The notes beneath the pieces are model-generated. The model worked only from the letters and a program-made list of their open reading frames with translations, searched no databases and was not told where the DNA came from. A stretch of DNA of 64,000 nucleotides, from contig DNHS01000011.1 of assembly GCA_003485765.1 (NCBI GenBank), forward strand, positions 9,929 through 73,928. Reading direction: 5' to 3'. Below are positions 41,301-53,300 of the stretch, one piece after another; positions within the stretch are counted from its first letter, which is position 1; each line of letters starts with the position of its first letter. The position numbers were made by a program, and so were the translations under genes. The stretch comes from Candidatus Omnitrophota bacterium. Lineage in GTDB: Bacteria; Omnitrophota; Gorgyraeia; Gorgyraeales; Gorgyraeaceae.

Positions 41301-44300
41301 ACGCTAGAAGAACAAACACAAGTGCTAGATACGGTGAATAGTCAACTTGCAACTCTTCCTTACGATGAGGTACTGGAAGGAGTGGTTTGCGGCATACCGC
41401 TACTCGATGCCGTGCTGTTCGGGGTCTTTCGAGGCTTACCCGAGACATTTCATCTCCCGTTTGGCGGCCTTCCCTCTGAATTCTCTATTCCTAATTTGCG
41501 CTATTTTAATCAGAGATTCCCGGCAGCCCCAGATTACGTAGTTTTCACGCAATTTTTTGCCGAGCGCCTTAAGAAATGGGACTCCAAGATTGCGCAAGCC
41601 TATGGTCGAATGGAACACAATGGGTATTCTAACAGCGGTTCAGTCTATATAGATATGGTAAATCCTGAAATAGGAATGCTTAGAAATCAAGTTGAGGTTA
41701 TTTTGGAAGCGGCTCGCAAAGTTGGCAAGTCAATAAAGATTTGGCTGCGAGTTAAGCATCGGGTGTCTATTGATACTAACAAGTTGCCTGAGGAGCGTAG
41801 ATGGTTAGGCGATATTGTGAATCGGGCTGATGGCGATTCAATCGAGGGTATTCTTAGCGCTTTGGAAAAGGCAGGAGTAGATACTTCTATTTTGCCGGAT
41901 GATTACAACTCGCGGCTTAATACATATATTACAACGCTTGCTCAACTTGGCAAAGCGCTCGTTATTGATCCAACTCAAGAAGTCAGTCCACAGCAAGGTG
42001 CAGATTTTAATGAGGCCTTTGAACAATGCAGGATGGCTCTTGAATCAGCAGGTTTTAACGGGCCGCCTGAATCAGAAGATTTGCTTATACCAAGCGATAT
42101 GACAGACTCCTACCTTATTTTTGAGCGAATTTCTGCTAGATGGAATAATTTAATTACCTCTCTTGCTTCTGAAGTCTATAACCAAACACTTAAAGCCACC
42201 AATAACCCAGATGCTGCTTGGGTGGCGGCTAACCTTATTTTAACTACAAATGGGGCAGAGGGAGTAAGTTTAACTACCTCACCGCTTATAATAAAAGATG
42301 ACACATTCAATAATGCCAGTAAATTGTTATCTCCACTTGCTCACCTTGGTTTAGTTACTGCTTCTAGTATTTTGAATTTAGGCGCAGGTGATACGCTTGA
42401 TATTTCTATAGTTGCTGCTGAGGCAGAACCTGCGCCAAAACTAGCATATGATGCAAATAGAAAAACAGGCGCGGCTTTGGTAATGGGAGCGCGTGATGGG
42501 CTGCCTGCTGAAGCGCTTGAGGTATTTGCCAGTGATACACGTGATAACAGTCTATGGGCCACAGCAGCAGTGGAACCAGTAGCTGTGTCAAAGATGCATG
42601 CTGATGTTGCTGATGATATTACTGTTGTTTCAATCGACCAAAATCTACCTACTGCGGATCTAGTTCACGATGTACTCGAAGCGCTAAAGCTAACTCTAAT
42701 GGTAGAGGGTGACGCAGATGAATCTGCAGCCACATTACAGCAACACGAGGCGCACCTTTTAGTCGAAGCGAAGCGGGTCAAAGATGTCAGAGAGATAGCT
42801 AAAAAAGGCGCTAAGGACTATGTTGCAGAACATCTGAATACAGAGGTAGTGATTGAAGAGCATACTCCAAGCTATGTACCGCTTTCAACAGAAGATATTG
42901 AAAACAAGAGCCTGCGTAAGGCAATTGGCCGGATTAATAGAGAGCTGATTGCCAGACACCCCATCACGGCTGGGGTACTTGCTGAGCTCTATGATATCGC
43001 GCTTGGCCGCAAGAAAGATGGAGTCGATGAAGCTGACTCGTTTAGAAAGTTAGTTACGGTGATTGCGGAGGCGATGAGACAAGAGGCTGAAAAGCAGCCT
43101 TCTCCAGGCACAAGCCCGATTGAAGACTTTCCAGTCCGACTGCTCTTGCGTGATGGAGAGTGCTATTTTGTGACTCGGCGAACTATGCTTACACTACCTG
43201 AGTTTGTCAGTGGCGTTACTCAAGCGCATGGCGTATTACTGCCGCAAGCCGTTGACTGGAGCATCTTCGCGCAGCACGTGTGGGATAGTATGATCCTTCG
43301 CGGAGAGGCGCTTCAAGCAGTGGTTGAGCGTGCCATGGTTTTACAGGAGGCATTTCTCAAAGAAACGGCCAGGAGTTATACAAAGACCTACGGACAATCG
43401 TTTCAGACAGTACGCACAATTCAGGGCTTGGTAGAGGTTCCGCCTGACACATATCGCTTCACAGATTTGTACCCAGATCTCCTCCAAACGGGAGACACGT
43501 TGCGCCAGCAACTTCCATCGATTGACCCTGTCAGACGGATTATTGCCGGTGCCAAACAGCCACTTGAGACTGAAGCTGATATAGAGCGGTTGGTTGAGCA
43601 ACCAGCTCGCGAGGTAGTTCGCCATCTCAAGAGATTGGGTGTGCAAACGGACACTGCCAACGCCTATGGATCAGGTCTGAAACGTGTAAGCTGGGAAGGC
43701 CCAGATGGGAATTTCTACATTACACTGCTTCAGCGTGAATCTTATAATATCGAGGCGTTGTCGACCGAACCTCTTCAGCCCAAGGCTCCAACTGACATGG
43801 TCTTAGAGGAACTTTCCGAATGGATTGGGGATAGGCCTCAGCAACTCGCTAAGCAGTATGAGGCGAAGCTTGAAGCGCTGCAAGAGCAACATGCCGATAA
43901 TCCAGAAGCATTAGCCAATGCCCTTGAAGCTTTTCATGCAGAGCGTCAAGCTGCGCTGCAAAAGTTTGCGGAGGAAATTTTTTCTAAAACTATTGAATCG
44001 CTTGCTGCGATGTCTGTTGATGACCAGATTGCTCACACTCTCGCTAATTTTATCACCCAGTGGGCCTTGGCGATTACCGGGGCATATTCTGTATCTGCAA
44101 CTGAATCGCATCCTCAGGGTAGATTTCTATACCCAGCCGGATGTTTAGCCAGAGGCATAGAAGGACTTACAAGAAAAATGTATCAAGATATCAGGAGAGA
44201 GGGGTTATCTTGTTCATTTAACAGAGATAAGACAAGACGCACTTCCGTATATCCTGAGGCAGTTTCTTTTGCGCTTTGTCCGGATGAAATGTTTGCTTCG

Positions 44301-47300
44301 GGTAGAACGACTGCGATTGACAAATTTGGGCCATCAAAAAGCAAAGATAATGTTACCTTTGTTTTAGACCCTGAATGGGTAAAAGCCAATAAAGGCAAAT
44401 TTAAATTAGTCGGGTCAGTTTTTGATCCAAGTGGCCCCTCTAGAATTCGTTACTCGGAAGGCCTTGAGTTGTTAGGTCTCGAAAAACATGAGTACGAGGT
44501 TGAAGTTAGAGTTATAGGCACTGATTTGTTTGTAGGAAATCGGGACGAAATCCATTTTATATCTATTTCGCAGGAGCAGTTTGAGGATATCCCACCTGAA
44601 GCGATACTCGGCATTATTGCCCGTCCGGAGAAAATTATAGAGATGCTGCAATGGGATAGAGAGTTAGGGCTCGGTTCTCTTCCTATGTTTGCATGGAAGC
44701 GGGAACCTTATGTCAGGAAATTGAGTTTATTCGATCCTGACGTAGAGGAGACAAACGCGCAACTTGCCTTAAAAGTAATAACTGAGGCAAAAAATCGGAT
44801 TGCTCAAGCAGGCGATTTAGAAACCATTCGGGCTATGAATGATATATTTGAATTTGCCAGAAAATTGGGAGCGGTTGAAATCGAAGGAGAAGAGGCAGGT
44901 TCATGTTTTACTTCTGAAATGGGAATTCTTGCGCTGGATGAGAATGGATGGGGTATCATTGAAGAAATGCGAAAGGATGCGTCTGCCTTTAATCATTTGC
45001 GTGAGAGCGATGGATATATCCAACTATTGGCCAGGCTTGGAGAATATGATAAAGTTAACGGACCCGGGATTTATTTTAACAGGGAAGCAGTATTGCAAAG
45101 GGAGAGAGAACAAAGATATAAAGTTACGAAATCGTATTTTGTCATTAAACTTTACGAGCTGCTTGTAAGTGAATTTAATCTAATAGACATAGATTTTTAT
45201 CAAACGACTTTTTATAAGCACCCTATAGTGCTGGAAGGAGGTTTTAGATTTGCCAGTCTCATGGGTCCTGATGAATTACAGGTAATCCTTACCCTTATAA
45301 AAAAATATATGGATTCAAGATTTTTAAGCAGGGAGGGGATACGCGAATACATAGTTAAATTAATGGAGGATTCCGGGACGCAAGAATTCCATGAGGAATC
45401 ATTAGAGATGTTTACTTCTGGGGTGGATAGGGATATGCTGCGTGCGCTGAGGAGCCAACCAGCAGTTGTTCCAGCGCCAGCAGGCAACGATTCTGAAACT
45501 GCAGGGACGGGTTACTTCTCTGGCGAGAAGTGGGCAGATATTTTTAGCGGCCGGAGCAGTCAGATTAAAGACAATGACCTTACTGCGCATTATCAGGAGC
45601 GGATTCTCAGGGTAGTTGAAGATGCTTTAAGAAAAAATTCTCTTGATGATACTGATAGAGCTATATTTCAAGCTGTAGCTAATGGTTTGCGTCAAGGCGC
45701 TTATTATATATATGGGTTTAAGGGGATTGTTGTTGGCAGTAATGATTATTGTTTGGGTTTACATAGCTTTAATCCAGGTTTTTCCAGGCTTTTTCTGGCT
45801 ACTGATGTGATGGCTGAATTGGAAACAGTGGGAGGACCGGAGCTGGTAGACGCATATTTTTTAAGGCTTCTACAGTCTTCTTCCAGCCAGCGTTACAATA
45901 TGAGCTTAGAAAATGCTATGTTGCGCGGTTTTATTGATGGGGAAAGGCATTTTATAGAGTTAAGAGGTTTTAAGACGCCTGAGACTGAGCGTCTTGCAGA
46001 AGAAACAGCAAGAGAATTTTTAGAATATACAGTAGTGAGAGAATACTTACGGGCTTCAGGTGTTTATCAAGGTTTTGATTTGCAGAAATTGTGTGGTTTT
46101 ATCTTAGACGAAACAACCGGCGCATGGCAGCCACCTGAGATAGAAGGAGGCAGGCGTTTAAAACTATATGTTTCAGCTTCTGAGGATATAGAACAATTGC
46201 GCAGAGAGATACGTAATGGCCTCTGGCATGTTTTACGGGTTACTCCTCGGTCAATAGAAGGCCGCTTAACTAGTGAAGCAAAAAAGATTTTACCTCCTGA
46301 GGTAATTGAGCAGATTGAACGTATCGGAAGCTGGGATCTTGCTAAATGGACAGAGGATGATTTTAATGCAATAACTCTGTCTGGACGCGCCATTTATCTT
46401 AAATTACTTAACCCAATTCGTATAGGCAATGAGACATTTGAAGCAGTAAGATTAATAGGTTCAGTTGCTCTTGAGCTACTACCTCCTCTTTTAATACCTC
46501 ATCGCAGGGGAAGAGGGTTGAATATCGATTCAAAAGGGGCTATAGAGCGGGGAGGATTTGATCCACTTGGCGGACTAATATTAGAAGGCGCTTTGACCGA
46601 AACCGAAACTTTATTACTGCTGCGGCAAGCTGGTTATGATGTAAGTTATCCTTGCGGTCATTATCGTTATCCAGGACAAGTCTTTGAAGGAGATGAGACT
46701 GGTTTTAGCGTAATGCTTATGCATGAGGGGCAGGAGAAAAGGATGTTTGACCAGTGGGGCGAAATCATGAATACATCAGGGTTTTCTCGAGGCCGCCATG
46801 TTTTAGGGCCTATTTATAAAATGGGTAGGTTCTCAAGGTGGATCCAAGAAAATCTAGGCCGGACATGGCCAGGACAACATTATACCAATGTTTCTTTGAC
46901 AGGTGCTGAATTAAGGAGCGTCCGCTTCCATGATTTTAAAGAAAGCAAGGTATTGCCAGACAATATAGCCCAGGCAGTCGGGCTTCGTTTTTTAGACATA
47001 GCTGAATTTGTTATGCATAACGAATATTCTATAAAGATGGGCGCGGATTCGGAACAGGCAATAGAGCGCGTAGCCACAGAGTTAAAACTGGCTAAAGCAT
47101 ATCTTGAAGGATATTTTGCCGATCTCCTTAATAAGCCTGATCCGAGAATTGTTAATTTCTTAACAGAAGAAGAATTTCCTAATACCATAGAATTTATTAA
47201 ATCAGTAATGAGGAACTCTATACCTTCAGGTGAATATTATTCGGTGCCAATCTACCAAATCAAGCATCCTTTAATAGCCTTATTAATAGAATTAGAAGAG

Positions 47301-50300
47301 AAGCGTCAGAGCAGAAGAGAGAGATTGGCCTCGCCCGGAGGGCTCGGCACTTCCTCGGACATTTCGTCCTCGGTCGCTTCGTCCCTTATGGGGGTTCGCA
47401 ATGACAGTTTAAGGGTTATTCCGTTAGCCGAGATGACGCTCCGTAAGGTTCCAAAGAAACCAGTAGAGCAGGGCGAACCGGTTAGTGAGGAAATCAATAC
47501 AGCAGTAACAGCTGAGGCTGAAAATGCTGCTGCAGCAGCCAAAGCGCAGAAAGTTGATACTGTTCAGGCTGAAGCTGTTGTAGGTAATGCTATCCAGTCA
47601 CTCATTCATTTAACCAACCAGGTTACCAATCTAATCAATAATATGGGCGAAGGTAAATACGCGTCTCAACCTAATGCTTTAGAAGGCATTCAAAGGCAGC
47701 TTAAAGCTGTTGTTGAGAGGGTGGTTGATGTTGATAAAATTCCTGCCTCAACTTCCGGCATAGATGTTGTCAAAGGCCAAATCAGGACTCTTGAGATATT
47801 GTTAGGATTTCTTGAGGCATTGGAGCCTGGTAAAAGCGCGACAGGCATGGCTCCGGAACAGGCGGACAGCCCTGATTCTTTAGCTAATATTATCAGCCAG
47901 CTGCAGATTATCCTGGCGCAATTTCAGGCAGAGAGAGTTAAATTAGGCAATAAAATAGAAGAATGGCGTTTTCAGCGTTCGCTGACTGGCCTGTCAGGTT
48001 TGGAGAAATTTCTTGGAGCTGTGATAGCGTTAACAGCTATTATTATTGCTCCTTTTGGTATCGGGTATCTGGCTGGAGGGATATCAGGGGTAGTGGCAGT
48101 ATGGTTTGCGCTCTTTTTACTGACTGTTTCATGGGCGCCGCTTGACTGGTTTATGAAAGAAGATTGGAAAGCAGGGACTGTAAGCCTGGGCATTGCGACA
48201 TTAGCGCTCTTATTTCTGCCTAAGTTTGGAGTGAGCGCCGCAGACTATTTGATTTATCCCTGGACGGCGTGGATGGCCATAGGAATGTTTAGAATGATTC
48301 TTGGCGGAATTAGAGGAAATAGAAACGATTTTTCTGCAGTAGAAGCTGACGCATACCAAGGTATTGATTTTAGTCAAATAGCAGTTAACTTGCGGAATTC
48401 ATGGCCTGTCCGCTTATTAAACTGGCTTACATTTAGTGTAATTTTCCCTGCTATTCAATTGGTTTCTGAACAGATTCGGCAGGCGCTTAGCGATGATGAG
48501 TTTAAAAAGCAGATTGCGGCATTGGGCGATACCATTGTACAGTCGTATCAAGAGGCAGTAACCGCAGGCAATGCCTTGCAGGAAACAGTGAAAGATGTCC
48601 AAGGCGAGATGGAAGCTATTCAGGGAGAGATGGGCCGCCTGTCAATAAATGTAGAGACAGCAGGAAATGAAATAACAGGACTCTTTTCGCAGTTTAAAGA
48701 GCTGGAAAAATTATCTCAGAAGCTTGAAGATGAGATTGGCCAGGCAAGGCAGGAGGTTGAAAAACGTTGGGCTGATGCATTGCCTGCGGCAAGGGCAAAG
48801 GCTGAACAAGTTAAGGCATTACATAGCCAGATGTCTGCGTTAGCAGATGACAGCCAGGTTCATATAGATAGAATTCATACTTTTGACCACGAACGCAAAC
48901 AAGCGCTTCTGGCGCGTTTTTCAGCCTTACGCGAATCCATTGAAAAGCTAAATAGCGGGGTCGCTAAAACAAAAGAGGTATTAGATGCGTTAGAGCTCCA
49001 AGTGCAAAAGAGCAGGAATTCTCTTAAGCAAAGAAATTTGGCTGTTGCCCAGCAGCACGTGAACACGGGTAAACAGCTTGTTGCGCTTGCAGAGCAGTTG
49101 TTGGAACAAGTAGATAAAGGTGTTAGAGATGCGGAGCTTGAATGGGAGCCTGCGATTACAGATGACGCGGTTAGTCAGGGGCAATTCGAAGTTAATCTGG
49201 AACAGGAAAAAGAAGCGCTCCGCGTAGATAAACAGCGCATGGCTGATTTGCTTTTAAAAGCCGCGAGCCTTGTTGAAGAGATGGTTATTGAAAAGCAAGT
49301 TATTAGAGCTGAGACAGCCCATGTAATTACAAATGCCAGAGCAGCTGGCGGGCAGCTACGGCGTGCCACTATGACAATGGAAGAAAGTCTCGAAGCTATA
49401 AGACTGCGCTCAGGAGGATTGAGCGGAGAGGTTGACACGGCAGGACAAAAGCTTCAAGAAGCATTGGATAAATTAGGCAAATCGCGAAGCGCTGCTGATA
49501 AGGAGATTGGTAATATAATACAAGCCAGGGCTAAAGGCGATACTGCTCTTAAGGAAATTGGGCGTTTTCGCGATGACTTGATAGGCAAACGAGTAGATAG
49601 TAAGAGTGTTCAAACGAAATTGCTGGAGCTTAGCCTGCAGGTTGAACAAGCGCAGGATGCCATTAACACAGCAGGAGAAACTGCCAAAGCATTACTGCCT
49701 AATCAAAAGATATGGAATGAAGCTTTGCAAGCTATGATGTTAGTAGCGCGAACAGCCCATGATGTTTTAAGCCGTCAATATGAAAGAACGCGTTTAGCAG
49801 AAGAAAGGCTTACCGAAGCTGAAGCAGTCAATATGTCCGGCTCAGAAGAATATCAAGCGCTTATTGCTTCAGGCCAGGCTGAAAAGCTGGCTATGGCTAG
49901 CCTTAATGCTGATATTGAGACAATGATTAGTCGCGGCCTCGCAGATATTGCAGAAAGCCTGCTTGCAACACGGGCGCAGAGAGCGCTCCTGATAAAGACT
50001 TATACGGACTGGATTGCGTCAGTTAAAGCCGCGAGAGAAAACATGGGGCAGCAGCTTGCGTTGTTTGGAGAAGCGCTGGAACGCATTGATTATCTGATTG
50101 AAGAGCGCAAGAGCCAAAAAGCGCTGCAGCTTTCGCTGCAAGCAAAGTTCCGACAATTAGAAGAGGAATTGCGGCCAGGAGAAGTAACTTTGGAAATTAG
50201 AGGGGAAGACTGGATAAGAATGATTGGCGATGAAAATTTATTGAGAGTATTGATTGAAAAAAATCCTTTTCTTAGAGTAGATAATATTGCTTATGTATTG

Positions 50301-53300
50301 AGCAACAATGGCGCGCCAGTTATTTTATATATAAGAATTCAGGTACTCTCTCCGGATGAACGTATTTTTAGACCTATAGAGGTTGGTTTTGGGTTTGAAG
50401 CCAGACAAGAAACATTAAGGATAGCTAAAGAGCGTATGCAGGAATTGAGGGCTATTTCTGATCCTCTGCTAAAGTTATTGGAGGATATGCGAGAACAATT
50501 CGGTATTCCAGAGACAGCTATTAAGTGGGAAGATAGCCGCAGTTCAGTTAAAGGACGGATGCTGGTACGCCGCTTGCCTCCTGCTGAAGAAGATAAAGGT
50601 ATTCCAATACAAGATGTATTTGGCTATGGGATTCTAGGAGCAATCGAAAAGAGTCGACAGCCTGAGTGGGTAGACCAACTTATAAAAGCGCAAGAAACAG
50701 AACCTGGTTCTTTGCTTGAAGAGTTCGTGAGGTTTATGGAAAGTGGCAGGACTACTACTGATCCCAGGAGCAGGCCTGGATGGGCAAGTAGTGGAGGGTG
50801 GGGTAGCGCAATGCCGGCTGAACGAAAATTGCAGGAAGTAAGCCTTGTTACTGCAGATAGCGCTGTCATGCATCGGCCTAATGTAGGGTGGCATAACGAT
50901 GCGGGAAGATTATGGCGCAGACAAGGAATAGGCGGGCTTTTGCCAATATTTACCCGTATGTTCAAGGCAGTTGGCATTGATGGCCTGAAGCGTATTTTAT
51001 TTTTTCAGCCTTTACTGGAATGGTTATGCTTTACAGTTTTACCAAGTTCCATTGCTATATATATAACAGGCCAGCCTATTACCAGCCCTGAAGGGTTACT
51101 GATATTCGGGGTAGTCGGCGTATTTATGCAGATTCCTTTCTTGCTGGGGCATATAAGCGATAAAAGATTATTATTACCAGCTGCGCTTGTCGCAATAGGC
51201 GCTAGCTTACCAGGCGCATTGTTAGTTTTAGGATTTAGCCTGCCTTTGGCTGTGGTGGCGCTTGGGCCGCTAATTGCGCATATAGCAATAAACTCAGTTT
51301 TTAGAATATATTTATTATCAATAGATACGCTGCCTTCCAATAGTGATGCTTTTAGTGAGATAAGCGCAAGGGCGCCGCCTTTTGTACTGCGCGCGATTTG
51401 GCTACGACTTGTTATTAATAATGTTTTAAAGGTTATATCAGAAGATAAAAAAGTAATTTTAACCGGACATAATAATTATGAAGCAATAAAAGAAGTTTAT
51501 TATGAAATTGCCCGCAGGAAACCGGAAGCCCTTGATAAAATCTATATACGCCCCAAATATATTACCAAAAATATAACTCCAAGGGTTAAAGCAAAATTAG
51601 ACAAACTAAAATCAAAATATCCAGATACATTGCCACTTAATATATTAATCAATGTTACCATTATTGAAGGGAAAGACGGGATTCGTATTTATAGAGCTCC
51701 GCTTTTAAGAGAACTTAAAAATAATGAGGTTTATAGGCTTAATCTTGAAAGCTCAGTCCAGAATGGAGTTGGCGAGTTTGCGCTAAGAAAAGAGAATTTC
51801 CCTGCAGATGACCCTGAAAGAGTTATAGTCTGCGAATTAGCTGGCAGGCTTGTGAGCGGAGTTATAACCTATATTAAAGAAGGAGATATCCCTAATACGT
51901 ACAACATGCTTAGAGATGAATTTGAAAATAAGGAGGTGTTGTTAAAGGGCGAGGTTACTCTCTGGTGTTACTGGATTTTCTCAAGAAGCATAACACTTTG
52001 GCCCAAGGCATTGATTTATTTTATAGGAGAATGGATTAAATTTATATCAAGCGGCCGCAGAACGCCTAAACCAAGCTGGAAGAAAATAAAATTAAGAGGT
52101 TTGGGTTCACAGACTGTAGATGCAGTTATAGAATATGTAAAACATCTTAAAACTATCTTTGGAGATGATGTTCAAATAGTGATAGCAGCTTATAGCAGGG
52201 CAAGTGAATATTACAAATTTCATGCAAAGGTTATGATAGAAAATGAAAATGACTATATAAATAAGTTCTTTAAGCAATTTAATGTGATTTGGGGTGGACA
52301 TTCTGGCATAAATTATTACCCATACGCAGTTGTTAAAAAAGAAACAGAAGATAAATACAATAAAGCAGGTTTTGACGAGTTGTTTGCGTATCTATTATGG
52401 CTTAAAGACAAGAAATATAAACTTGCTGAGGCGCATAAATATTTTGGCCTGTTTTTAATTGAACATCAGGAATATAGAGTTTTTGATGATACAATCTGGT
52501 TTCATTGCAGAAATGCCTTAGCAAAAGGCATGGTTCCTGTAGTTGGGCCTGTCCAACTCAACAGCAGGCCAGAGGATATCGAAGGTGGTTATGCAAATGT
52601 GCCGGTATTCTATAGAGGAGAGCAGAGACGTCAGATTATAACAAACTCTATTTTGAATAATGAGGCCATAAAAAACAGATTGGGAGATGCTGAGGGAGCT
52701 GAATTAAGAACGATATACGATAATATTATTGACCTGGCTGTTCAGGCTATTATTGATGGAGAAGTAAATAAGGAAAAATTAGATAAGCTATGTGGTGATT
52801 TAAGAGGCCGCGCTCCGTCGAACCCGGAAAAGATAGGCGAATTTCTTTTAGATTTATATTATTTATTAAGAAATGAAAATTATTTTAATTTAGAGAAACA
52901 AACCCTCCTTAAAATCTTTACAAGATTATTTGCGGAATTAATAGCTCCGTTTAGAATGACGAGGCCCGCAGATGTTCGATATCCTGCTAAAATGGCTGAT
53001 AATATTTCGAAGGCGTTAGATAATTCAATAAGCAGAGCAGAAACCCTGATAGCTAAAATTGGAGGAGAATTTAGAGTAAAAGAAACTAAATTATCGGATA
53101 TAGAAACTACTATTGAATTTGTTAATGAAACAGATAAACCATTTATATCCTGCCAAAAAATAAGAGTTTCTTCTGAAGTTGAGATTACCCAGATAAGATT
53201 TGAAGATGGCGCAAATGTTGAGATAATTGCAAAAGGAGATGCTGAAAATAGAAGTTATATTATGGTAGATGGGTCAATGAGCGTAACCTACCCTGCGCTA

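Noticed and set aside
42340-42420. ILNLGAGD as a SAM-dependent methyltransferase motif I in the giant ORF
   Set aside because: No convincing downstream methyltransferase motifs; too weak to call.
45500-45880. Possible degenerate zincin-like module (DYCLG...LFLATD...AYFLRLL)
   Set aside because: No HExxH residues; the resemblance is impressionistic only.
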